The position numbers were made by a program, and so were the translations under genes. Shown here in pieces: positions 11,573 through 27,400 of a stretch of DNA of 64,000 nucleotides. The notes beneath the pieces were generated by a model that was given only the letters and a program-made list of their open reading frames with translations, was not told the origin of the DNA and ran no database searches. The stretch spans positions 15,004,001 to 15,068,000 of the forward strand of contig NC_047072.1 of NCBI RefSeq assembly GCF_902459465.1, read 5' to 3'. Source of the DNA: Asterias rubens (taxonomy: Eukaryota). Numbering within the stretch: position 1 is the stretch's first letter; every line of letters begins with the position of its first letter.

Positions 11573-12910
11573 CTATTCCATGTTAAGATATGTGATCAAA
11601 TGATGTGCAGTAAATAAGAATATAAGGTAATTGAAAATCTCAATAAACATGCTTAAAAAAACAACAATTAATTGACCAACTTTCTTGAAGATGCAAAAAT
11701 TGCATCAGGGATCAAAGATAACTACTTGGGTTTAACCCAACCCTGATGAAATGATATTCCATAACATGTTCAGTACTACATTTCTTCTTTTATTTATTTA
11801 TTTATTTATTTATACAGTATCTTTACAGCGTAAATTATTTTGAGTTATTTATTCAATATTAAAACTGCACTTGCGGAAGTTTCTTCCAAGCTATTGACAA
11901 GTTTACTCATCATGCTTGTTTCCTGACCTCAACTACAACAAAAGTAACGCAAAGTTTTAAAGGCGCCAGTCTCTTTGAACTTGATGCCAGTTTTTCCTCA
12001 GAAAGGTTTGGGTAGAAGATAATCCTAAGAAACAAACAAAAACATAAGTTTTTTACAAAGTGCTAGTAGGTATAAGAAATCAAACAAATTAATTAGTTGG
12101 TAAGTTTTTATTCTTTTTAACATTACTTCAGACATTTTATTTTAACAGTGAAGGAGTATTCACAAATTTCGTCCAATTCTCTTGAAATGTAAGTCTCATA
12201 TTATCAAGAAAACATTTATCACAGATTCCTGTCCAGACAGACTTGACCAATGGTTCAAGTCTTTAATTTAGTGGTAGGGCAAGCATGAAAAAACTACTTG
12301 TTTGTTGTTAGTATTAGTTAGAACATCAACTATGATGTAGATGATGTATTATATTTTTACTGAAAACCAAGTGTAAATATGGTGCATGACTTTAGATGTA
12401 AATACTACTTCATGTGGATTATTTAATATGTGGATTATTTAATTTATGGAAATGGATCCTCAAGTTGTTAATTTATTGAGAGTAAATAAATGTCGATAAA
12501 ATAAAAACGTTTGAAAGAGAATTTTTGTTGCAGATCTTGCGTGTCTTCCTCTTAGATACAAAGTTGACTTGCTTCAAATCAAGACTGACTGATAAGCATT
12601 ACAGATATTAACTTGTCACACTCTAAGCTTTTTTAACTGTAGTCTTCTCCTGTTTTTTGAGCAGTTATTTCCTCTGAGATGTATTGTCTCATTAGATGAG
12701 ACTATTTCTGGCATCACTCATGAACTCTACTTGGATAAATATGAATATGATACATAAATTCCATAGCAATGCAATATCTGAAATCCTCTTAAAGCCTATA
12801 TGGAGTTCAAACCATTGACAGAAATAAGTAGGGAGCCAACTTGCAGAAATGCTCCAACATTAACTAGTTGTTCCATCATTAATGCTTGCTTTATTTGCTT
12901 AGTTTTTACC

Positions 12911-15900
12911 TTATGGCCTTTCAAAGAGGAGAACAAGTTCACAGTGATGGGTGTGTGGGAAGAGGTCCACTGGTACAGCCTTGATGGTTGTGAATGGATT
13001 GCCATAGAGTCTGGTAGTAGCGGGACAGCATAGGCTAAATGGGGTACAAAGACAAGTATAGAGTTAAACAAAGTCCTCTGTTGTTGATAAGTTCGATCAT
13101 CAAACAGAACAAAAACTGAACTAATTAGAAAGCACAATAATTCAAAGGTTTTGATGGTTCATATTACAAGGTCACATGCTGCCTGACCAGGATTGATGTA
13201 AACATACAACAAAACACAAAACTGAAAATTAAATTGCATTTTTTCGAGGCTTGATTTCTGGTGTCCGTTAAACAAGTCATGTGTTGAATGGAAAAAAATA
13301 ACCAACAACCCTGAATTAGGATTCAATCTCATTTTGTGTCTGTCACCACAGAGTAAATGGAAAAGAACCGTCTATGTAGAGACATAAGGTTGATTTATAT
13401 CCGGGTCATACTCCTAACGAATGCAAATGCGAAGTGAATTTTGACGTCACAGGGCTGTTTTCGCAGCGAATGTTTCGCAGAAAATGAACACAGCTCAACT
13501 GTTGCGAATGTGTGACATCAAAATTCACTTCGCCTTTGCATTCCCAGGAAGTATGAACCGGGCTTTAGAAAAGTTGCACAGTGACATGGTTATAAATACT
13601 GACTCTGTAAAGTTTCTAGCTGCTGTTCCCTCTGATTTACAGCATATATAAACCAGCCTCTTGATGGATGGACTATTCCTGATGATTCTCACTACTCTCG
13701 GATCTAAGAACAAATAAAACAACAAACTCTTGAAATTCCTGAGAAAGCAAACGTATTGAGAAATCTTCAAAATCAACAAGAATTACTTTGCACTACACAG
13801 ATTTGATTGTTGGAACAGGCGTCAAGGGTCGCCTGTCCAGAATTGATAATTACTGGATGGCTAGTGTGAATGATATCAAAACAAATATTGCATGTCAATA
13901 GTCACAGAACATTCCTCAAAAATATGAAATACCGGTAGTAATAAAATAATGCACTTACGCAGTCCAGCTCTGGCTGGATTTGCTACCACTAATAGATCAC
14001 CAGCGCCCTCTAGTGTTGGGAGGATGTCAGGTAAAACTTCCTCCACTGAGCCACAAACAAATGTCGCATTAGATATAGCTGTTTAAAAAAAAGAAAAACA
14101 AAATTATAATTTTTTTATGCTGATTAAGGCACTCTATAACTTTGATGTATTATCAATGGGCACATGAATGTGATATGTACAGTTGAAAAAATTCAATCAT
14201 TATGATATTTAAAGATCGTATCATCTGATAAAACCAAATCAGACAAAACAAATTTGTTAATCGGATTTTAATTCATAATTTGGGTGCATTCATGTCAGTG
14301 GAACATATTCATTCTTGAATGAATCCTATAGAAGCTGAAGCATCAACCACAACATGAAGACTGCTTTGAATGTAGAAACAGTCATCCATTGCAGCTGTGC
14401 CAGCACAGCATCACTAAGTAACAAACAAACAACTGATCCTATAATGACATACCATTTATCTCAGCATTGATTCTTGCGTCCTCTACTGCCTGTTGGATCA
14501 CTTCAATCCCCACAACCTCTCTAACCTTATCTGCCATAACTAGCCCAATGGTGCCTGTCCCACAACATAAATCCAATACAGTTGTGTTTGCTCCCAGCTT
14601 GGCGAGGTCCATGACTGTGGAATAGAGAACCTCTGCAGCAGCAGTGTTGACTTGGAAGAAGGAATCAGGGGAGATGCGAAACTGCAGGTCAAAGAGCGTC
14701 TCATGGAGGTGCTTCTTGCCAAGAAGGAGGTGATAAGGGGCTTCATCATTGGTTGCTGTTGTGGTGGTGCTGTGGAGTTAATAATAATACTTGGTTCTTA
14801 AAGAGCGCTTTATCATACCTCTAAGGTGTATCAAAGTACTCAGTTTGGTTTTCCTGCAAGGTATGTGGGGCTTGTTTTGAAGTATGAGACCTGTTCCTTT
14901 AAAGCACCACGGAATGGTTTACAAGGTGAGGAAAGAGGACACATAACTAATGACATGATAGGCTGTAGTCAATGCCTATGTGGTATTGGGAGCATCCAGC
15001 ACAAAAATAGACCAACACAAAGAAGTAGACACGAAGGCCTTTATCGACATGCCAAACCCACCTTATTTCTCTAATCTCAGCATTCCTTTGGTCAACTCCT
15101 CTAAGGCTAATGCATAATTGATTAGCCAGGGGATTTGACCAATAGAAGTGCTCGCAGATAATATCATTACCAACGATACATTTTCTATTCAATCGTGGTC
15201 TTAAAGATTCCCTTCTTAAATCAAATCAATCATGAGCTTTTACCAACCTTGATTGAAAGTAGAGTGAGCTAAGCCTACAATCCTTGCCTTCTCCATAAGC
15301 AAAGAAATCCTGCAATGAGAGAATGGCATCCTCCTTCTCCATGTCACTTAATTCATTCTGGACAAAGCTGACAATAGCCATAAGATCACCCACATGGTTG
15401 GATCGCACAACCATCTCTCGCCAGTTACCACTGTCCTCAAAACTATGGGACACATCAAGTGGGGACTGCAAAAGGAACTGCTTGTAAGCCTTAAAAAAAG
15501 GGTAAAATACAGGATTATTTAGTTGGTATTTTAAATTTGTTGACATAGTGATTGGGATGATGATGATAATGTTGGTTAAACAGTTAAACTCATCAGGAGC
15601 CTTTCTAGAAATAAGTATTTTCTAATCCTACTGAATCAATTTTTACCTTTTCAACATGTTTATGAGCTTGGCTGATGTTTTGGCACGGGCCTGAAGGGAG
15701 GCATACAACATTTTTTTCTGAAACAAAAATAACCTTGATATTACTGTTAGCATTTGAAGACCTAGTTATGCTAGATGCACTCAAAACACAATAACTTTAT
15801 GATAAAAACAATCAAGTATACAATCAAGTAAACAAGCAACAACAAAGAGAGAGAAAATAAGAAGAAGAAAGCTTTACTTCTCCATTCTCCAATGAATAGT

Positions 15901-17925
15901 CCGACTGTTTTCCTACTGCCATCTGCACCGGTGCCTACATTGAATACTGATTTGTTTCGGTAGCCATCAACAACAGGCTGGAGAAAATAAAACAAGAATA
16001 AAAAAGAGAGTGTATAAATGACGAAGATACCTATGCAGCCCAATGATAAGAATTTGATTTAAGAACATCAACACAAATAGTTTATAGGGATTTTTTAACC
16101 CTCAATTACTTCCCTATTAAAGCTCCATTAGTCATGTAAAGAAAATTAATATAATTGCATTTTTTCTTTGTTAGAATAACTTTATATTTGAGGATAATTT
16201 CTTTTACATGAATTTCTAAGAAAATTGCAAAAAGAGTCAACTGCAAAGAGCAAATAAAATTAAAATATTAGTCTGAATCAAAAGACTCACACTTTAATCC
16301 TAATGTTCATCACATTATTAATTATGGCTTTAAAGTAGGAAAAGGGTTTGGCTGTCAGTTCTAAATGTAGACAAAGTTTTTCTGTACAATAATTATTGTA
16401 GAAAACATTGATCACTTACTGATGGCTTTATTCTCTCCAGATGGCAACACAATCCATTATTGTTCTTTGCTCTATCAAGAGTTTCTGTTAAGCCAACTGC
16501 AGCTTCTTGTTTAATCAGCTCATTAGTGAAGTTCAACAGAACACTAGAATTCCTTAAGTGTTTCAAGTCTAGTTGCTTTTCATATGAAAGTTTCCATAGA
16601 GGTGTGACAGCTTCCCTCAGTTTGTTATTCAGATACTCTGTTGCTTGATCAGTATTGGCTGGCTGCTGGTGTTCCACAACCTCTTTTGTTGCCGTGAAAG
16701 CTGATGTGAACTCTTGGAGAGGCTTCTCAACTTCTACTTCTGTGAGCTGACTTGGCTGTACTTTTGACTTTGTCCGACGCTTGGGTTTGTTTGGCTTGTT
16801 TTGTGTTGAGACTCGTCTCTGGAAGACACTGAATCTGCTAAATGAAGGAACAAAAAGATATTTATATGTGAACTATCCCTGGTAGGACATCAGTCTCTGT
16901 TGCATACACTGATGTCCTGGGAGTAAATTTTCTCTACAATGAGAATAACACCTCTATTAATGTTTTACCTGATTTCAGAAGTTGAAGTTTCCTTCGTACA
17001 TGTCATATATATTTATCATCTGTTGATGGATCCACAAATTACAAATATATCCGTTGGTGACATTATTCCAGATGCAGATGTCCGACTGTCAGGAGGATGG
17101 AGGATTATGATTACACATAGGCACTAGGCAATATCAAAATTATATGTTAACAATAACATGTTTTAAAAAACATCTTTGTGGAAGTCAGTCCTTCTCCCTC
17201 AGGCTCAGTCAATTGTAAACATACAGCGCCTTGAGTGTTTTTTCCACAAACAAGGTACAGCTTGCAAATGCAAGCAAATTTCATTATATATAAATAAGTT
17301 AATAAATCCAGTGAAAATATCAAAATAATTTGAATTAAAATATAAATAAATGGAACTTCTTGAAAAAAATAAATGACTGGAACTTCTTGAAAAAAAATAA
17401 GAAGAAGAAATGTGTAGCCTACCGGTATTATTATTAAGTTTAAAACTTTTTTTAACTGCTTAAAACTATTTTTTTTTCTCGTATAACCGTAGTATTGCCA
17501 CAATGTTATTAATTAAAGCAATAACTCTTGAATGGGGAGTTGGGGTTGCAATCACCCCACACTGCACACCTACTATTAGTACTAAACACATTTCATTTGT
17601 TGTTGTTGAATGAATATTATAAATAAATTTTCTAGTTTCCGGACATTTATTATTAAATTTTAATTTAATTACCAACGAAAAAAGACGAATCGAATGTAAA
17701 TTCACGACGTTACTTACATTGTAATAAGTGTAACCTGAATTGACATAAAAATCCAATCCAAATAATAAATCAGTCCCAATATGTCTGAAATTGGTCTCCA
17801 AAGGTGTTTCACGCTTAAACTCGTTATTTAAAATAAAAGTATCAACACAGGCAGATAAATTAATAGCTAAATTACCTCCAATTTGTTAACACACGTGTAA
17901 AATGTTTTGAAATGGGCGCCGCCAT
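12911..17925 (-). CDS. TRMT2B: tRNA (uracil-5)-methyltransferase homolog B (mitochondrial m5U methyltransferase), ~512 aa
   Basis: Exons 17925-17876, 16834-16420, 15977-15878, 15717-15647, 15489-15248, 14769-14453, 14078-13959, 13703-13604, 13034-12911; phases consistent. Motifs [42 protein letters not shown] (SAM binding), NPARAGL (TRMT2B-type, versus DPPR in TRMT2A), [16 protein letters not shown]. The basic N-terminus [24 protein letters not shown] resembles a mitochondrial presequence. Confidence 0.92.
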
Positions 17926-18074
17926 CTTGTCCAAATGACAAATTCTGCCTTGGCCCATGTGAAGTAAAAGTAATTCTGATTGGCTTAGAAAAAAAGCTCC
18001 GCCCAGAAAATTGCTTGATTGACCAATCAGTGGCTTTCACCGTAAGAGCTTCAGCATCCGGGAACCCGGGCAAA
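17926..18074. promoter_or_regulatory. Bidirectional promoter TRMT2B/MEAF6
   Basis: Divergent ATGs only 150 bp apart (17925 and 18075). ATTGG 17979-17983, GC box CTCCGCCC 17997-18004, CCAAT 18023-18027. A YY1-type CAAGATGGCGGC overlaps the TRMT2B start on the minus strand. Confidence 0.8.
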
Positions 18075-21583
<3,509 letters not shown>

Positions 21584-23726
21584 ACAATGCTGAGGTCAAA
21601 GGTCAAACAGACAGGATTGCTTCTTGCTGACCAAGTATTCTAGCAAGGATGAACCTGTAAATTTGTTTTCAACCAGTCTGACTGATTGTCAAATTACAAC
21701 TTTGAGATTGTTGAGATTCTTGCGCAGTGTGGAATGAAATGTTCAAGTGTATCTTGTCAATTTTTAGTTCAAGTAAAAGAACAAATCAGTACTTGGCGCT
21801 TTGATTGATCTTCACAGATGTGTTATTTCATGTCAAGGTTCATTTACCTCTCAACAGGGACCAAAAGCTCATCTACAAGGGATATGTAAAAACGATGTTG
21901 TAATTAATCTTAAGTGTTAGTGACCAATGTTCATGTTTTAAAAAGCTGACTATAATTTTGTTTTAGTATTCATGCTGTAAGTATCTTGTTTTCTACTTTT
22001 CTATGCAAGGTTTTGTCATCTGTTTACTCTTCTAATAAATTAATGTATTGTATTTTTATTTTGTTAACTTATCCAAGAATATAGGTCGAGCAAGTTTGTT
22101 GATGTGAGAATGTTTTAACATTAGTTTGGTAACTTTTGATTAAGCAATTACAGTTCAAGATTACATAAATGATTGCAAGAAAGGGTCAACAGTGAAACGC
22201 AAACACTACTAATATCTGGACTGTTTCGTGCTGTAAAGGAATATTCAATGAACTTGTACATAGCGTGATTTTAGTCTTGATATTCACCATCAAGGACCGT
22301 TTAACAGATCCTTTTATATTGAACTAATTATTCTATTAATATTTGTAGAAAACATGCTTTGTTCCTTCAAAATGTCGACTAGAAAACAGTAATGATTGGT
22401 TGCTTTTCCCTGGTTTGATCAAAGTTTGTCAAAATAACAATTGGAGACTGGTCCCTAGTATGAACTTATCACTGTTTCCCTTTCAGAAACAAATAAAACT
22501 GAATCATTCTTATTAGGTATAATTCGAAATTTGAAATAAACTTGTTCTACAAGATAAATGTATATAGAGTACATGTACAGCAAGTGTATATTTTTTAGAA
22601 ATTGAGAATGTCGAGAATGTTTGGTAAATGTCATTCAAAATTAATTGTTCCAACATTATAATACTTTGCAGACTTGTAATCTGATGACAACGTTAGTAGC
22701 AACAGTCTGAAGACGGAGTGTTTATTTAGTGGATTCACTTTCATGGTAACCAATACAATGATTGATGGGTTTCTCCTTATGAGAGAAAATCTAATGCAAT
22801 CAGAATTAAAAGAGCAATCAATTAGATCAACCATTAAAACACTGGGTAGGTTTCAGAGGTGGCGAATACACGTTAATAAATAACAATAGTTTTGTCTTGC
22901 AATTGTGTTTTCATATCAGTAATCACCATTTATTTTATAAGCCTGTACAAATGTGTAAATTTTGCATATACAATGTAAAAGAATGGGTGAAATAAAACAA
23001 AATTACATATGTACAAAGAGATCAAATTTGGATGCGAGTTATTTTATTACTGGTAATTGCACTTAAATAAAAACATGGCTGATAATTCACGCAGGGGATT
23101 GCCTCCATACCCCCTGGTCATTGCCTTGGTGCCATTGAAATAATCCAGTTGAAATTTACAATTTCCTCAAAGGGTGCCATATACCAGGTAGGGAGAAATT
23201 GCCTTGGTGCACTTGTCCTTTCAAAATCGAGGCTTACAGGTACACATATTGTCATAATTTGCCATTGAAGCATCATAGCAAATAATGTTTGAAGAGGGTA
23301 CAGCACACATTTATGAGAGATGGTAACAGAGCAAACTATTACATAAAATCTGGTTTAAATTTCATCAAAACACTGATAAAAATATAATTATTAATCTTTT
23401 CATCATTCTGAAGTAAGGTTTACAGAAATTGACAAAAATCTCTTGTGTTATGGTTGTATTTCTACCATATACAATTTCAAATCCTAGTTTCATTTTGCCA
23501 GAAGTGATAGGTTATCAATTTCGCCAAAATTGAATAGCTTTTATAAACTGTTCGTGGAATTAAGTGAACTTGAGAAAAACATTTAGTTAACCAATTCGTT
23601 GTGTCTATGTAAAGTAAAACAAATTCTAGGTGTGCAATGACGTATGTGCGAGCAACACCAGTTTCCCATAAATCGCTCTTTCTTATGACACCAAAATTTA
23701 GAATGATAAAACTCCTTTGACTCTAG

Positions 23727-26700
23727 TTATGTTCTGTAATCCGTAAGGAAGTCCTCGCCATGTTCTGGTAGTGTTGGAAGGCTCTGCCTCGTGTCATGAG
23801 GTTTGTTCATTCGATTTACTGCAGATTTAAGACAAGGCATAAATCATGATCAAGAGATACATCATCATTGAGAGTCACATATTCAAGAACATGTGATCAT
23901 TTTTAATAATTGTTAATAACTATATATGACAAATATATTAATAGTAGTGTGACTATTTTATGTGAAAGTTAATATTTCTCAAAGATTGACATTTTTGAGC
24001 AACAACTTTTGGGAAATAATACAGAAAAAGGTTAAGGTGAAGTTGTTAAAGTAACTGCAACATTATGCATAATTGTAAAGTAACAGACATTTGGGCTGGT
24101 ATGGGATGGGCTGGAATGGGATGGGCTGGTATGGGGGAAAGGAAGTGGTGAGTGTTAGTCAGTACTTTCAGATCAACCTAAAACATCTAGTCAAGTTGAA
24201 TGAGTAAAATTACAAATCAAGGGGTTGAAAGTGATAGCAAATGCAATACAAGAGTGGATGGGGTATATTTTTCTCTCCAATACTCACATTTCATCAATTT
24301 GAGTTCAGTTTTTGTGGTATGTACTTTTGACCCAATGTAGAAGAAGATAGGCAGCGAGCAGAAAAACACGCTGATGGAAACAACAGACACAATGTCTCTG
24401 TCTGCATTAGTGCAGTTGTAGATTGTACTCCATACCTTTCTTGTACTGTTCATCTGGTGAAAATCAAAGAAAGGTGTATTAAAGGCAGTGGACACTATTG
24501 GTAATTACTCAAAATAATTATTAGCGTGAAACCTCATTTGGTAAAGAGTAATGTGGAGAGGTTGATAGTATAAACATTCTAAGAAACGGCTCCCTCTGAA
24601 GTGACATACTTTTTTGAGTAAGAAGTAATTTTCCACGTATTTGATTTCCAGACCTCAGATTTAGAATTTGAGGTCTTGAAATCAAGCATCTGAAAGCTAA
24701 CAACTTCCTGTGACAAGGGTGTTTTTTCTTACACAGTTTTTCTGACATCTCCCAACTTTGATGACCAATCGAGCTCAATTTGGTCAAGGTTTGTTATTTT
24801 ATGCATATGTTGAGATATACCTAGTGAGAAGACTGGTCTTTGACAATTACCAAAGTTGTCCACTGTCTTTAAATATATTTCTTTTTTATCTGTCTCTTTG
24901 GAGAAAGTAAAATAAGATAAAAGATGTTTCTTGCCTACCTGTTCAACACAATCTATGCAGATATCTTCAACACCACCCATGGAGGAGAAGAATTTGCACA
25001 GATTCCGGTAAACAACAGAACAATTAATGCAAACATTCTCACCACTCTGTTAACAAAAGATAAAGGGAAAATATCATTTCAATAATTGCATCTTTTATAC
25101 AAGACGACCATTAGCTCAAATTATGAACCGACTTTTTTACAAGTAGACTTACTTATAAACAGTATTAGGCAAAAAAAAACTACATATAAAAATTGTACAA
25201 TAATTGTGCGATAGTCAATCACCACCACACACACCTACACGCAGACATGTTTGTTATTAAAATAAAAACATGGATATTGCAGACATGTGTGTTATTAAAA
25301 AAAAAAACATGTGGACATGTTTGGAAAATCATTTTGAGAATCTCAATCCTCCAAGACACTTACAGCTGATGCTTTATCAAAGCAGGCAAGTGTGTCGTTG
25401 ATGTGCTTTTGGAACTCCACAACGCCGTCTCTCACTTGGCACCCTGATGGTGGTTTTTTCTTCTCACAGGAGCTGATGTTTTTGAAGCAGTCTATGATAT
25501 AAGACAACAAATTACAATCATTGTGCAGTTTCAAATCACATTATTATTCAGACAAAAAGAGAAAACTGCACAGGACACAACCAGAGTTTCTCAGTTTACT
25601 TTGGCAAATAAATCACCTGAACATTTGCATGCATGATGATTATTAATATAAACTAACTTTCTTTCACTTTTTGATTTTTTTGTAAACATATCAGCACATA
25701 ACAATAAAATTATTAAATTATAACTGATGAAAAAACAAACAAACAGGGTATCCAATGACACTTATAAAGAAGGGGGAAAAAGTTGCGATAACATAACCCT
25801 CCTCCGGACCCTCCGGCTTCGCTGTCGGTAGGAGGGTTACGTTATCGCAACTAGGGGGGAAACTGGACAAAAATTATTCTTACTTTTACAGCTGCCCTTG
25901 TCCCACAGTTCTCTTAAAAACTCATGAGTCTCTCTAAGTATTTGCACTCGATCAGATCTCAGCAATGGTTCATCACATGTTGACATCTAGATTGAGGACA
26001 CAAGATTTATTATAAGAAAAAGGGTAAAGTGAGAATTCCATTTTATTTAATCTACACAACGGCATTGAAGAACTCCATGTCTTAATGGCCCCCTACTTGA
26101 AATAAAAAGTAACCCACACAACACCCACCAATTTAGTTTGACAGTAAAATAAATAAACTAAATTGTTCTTTTTCAAGACAAGTAATATTAACAATTACAT
26201 AATGTAGTTCATCTCCAACATAGTGACATTTGTATTAAGTTTTTACAAAATTAATGCACCAAAGATTAGAATAGATTAGCAGAACAAACAATATTATTGT
26301 GGAATTGTCACAATCAAATGCCATTGAACTTAATGTTGTCTTAACTATGTTTTTAAATTTAAAAATAATGACATAAATGCAACGCGAGTCAATAACAAAC
26401 ACTAGAAACAGTTGACTTAAAAAGCAAGAAATGGCTCGAGAAATATACAACAAATTCAAAGCAATTTTACTTTTTATATAATTTAATGTTGACAAAAAAG
26501 GAGCACCCACAAATTTGAACAACTCAAGCTCTTCTCTATACCGTACCATAGACAATATCCTCCAGGCACAAACATTGAAACAGTCACCAATTTCACTTGC
26601 CCTATCCTTCCTATTCCTAAAAAATGTAGTCTTTATTTCTCACCCGTTCTATCTCCTTGAATTTTTGTTCAGCTTCTATAAATACGTCGACACAAGTTTC

Positions 26701-27096
26701 ACAAAATAGCACTGGCTTGGAAAATGCGAGAGCACAGTAGACAACGCGTGATGACACACTTGCATATTCCTGTAACATTTGTAGACAATCTTCGTCCAAA
26801 ACAGGGATGAAATGTTTCTCAATCTCCTCGACCTCGGTGTGGATTTTCAGTCCATCCTGATTTTGTGCGCGCTGAACCGCATACGCAGCAGTTTTGTATC
26901 CCGTACTATTTTGAAGGTAACTTCCTTCATAAAGTGCACCAGGCGTATTAAAAGTCTCTGAAGTGTTGATGAGGTCTCCCTCTGTACATCCGAGGCGTAT
27001 CAGAACGAAAAATACTTCGAATAAAAGTAATTTCGGCATGATTTTTTGACAGACGTATCTTTTCAGTTCAACTTCCTTCTTTATGGACGTCGCCAT
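23727..27096 (-). CDS. OSTM1: Osteopetrosis-associated transmembrane protein 1 (ClC-7 beta subunit), ~349 aa
   Basis: Exons 27096-26644, 25986-25884, 25491-25364, 25046-24939, 24453-24288, 23818-23727; phases consistent. Cys pattern CLQMLQEYASVSSRVVYCALAFSKPVLFCETC, LLRSDRVQIL...WDKGSC, ICIDCVEQMNSTRKVWSTIYNC, then a TM segment VVSISVFFCSLPIFFY, as in OSTM1. Confidence 0.9.
24479..24872. mobile_element. TTAA-flanked non-autonomous DNA transposon (Kolobok-like MITE), family A, reverse orientation
   Basis: Begins ttaaaggcagtggacactattggtaatt and ends aattaccaaagttgtccactgtctttaa. The interior is the reverse complement of the 59046 copy. Located in OSTM1 intron 4. Confidence 0.85.
25781..25852. 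mobile_element. 72-bp hairpin mini-element (possible mini-MITE)
   Basis: Arms agttgcgataacataaccctcc and ggagggttacgttatcgcaact (21/22 complementary). A truncated relative lies at 28031-28068. Confidence 0.55.
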
Positions 27097-27400
27097 TTTA
27101 ATTTTAGCCTCTTTCGTTTTATTTTAAAATACATTCCTCTGAAAGTATTTTTTTTTTATTTTTTATTTAAATTAGTGTCATAGATAAAAATCAATTATTA
27201 CATGTAGATTATTCAAACAATATTTATGAATACATTTTAAATTATCAATTTATTTAAACATTTTAAAGATAAAAGGTGGCATAAATACTACAATCTAGTC
27301 TGGTTCGGGCCACATTTTTTGTTGTTGGTTTTCTCTACAGTGGTGGTCTGGTATCTATCACTACAGTCTTGTGTGTGCTCTGCCCGAAAAATCTAGCAAA
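27097..27400. promoter_or_regulatory. Head-to-head promoter region OSTM1/MRPS31
   Basis: Divergent ATGs at 27096 (-) and 27401 (+). The OSTM1 start sits in a YY1-like AAAATGGCG context. Confidence 0.65.

Noticed and set aside
11133-11586. Repeat-protein ORFs on both strands, or a CRISPR-like array
   Set aside because: Units are identical and contiguous with no spacers; the ORFs arise because the 51-bp unit is a multiple of 3; eukaryotic context with no cas genes.
17147-17801. AT-rich ORFs in TRMT2B intron 1 as a numt or nested gene
   Set aside because: No recognisable mitochondrial or nuclear protein motif; typical low-complexity intron sequence.
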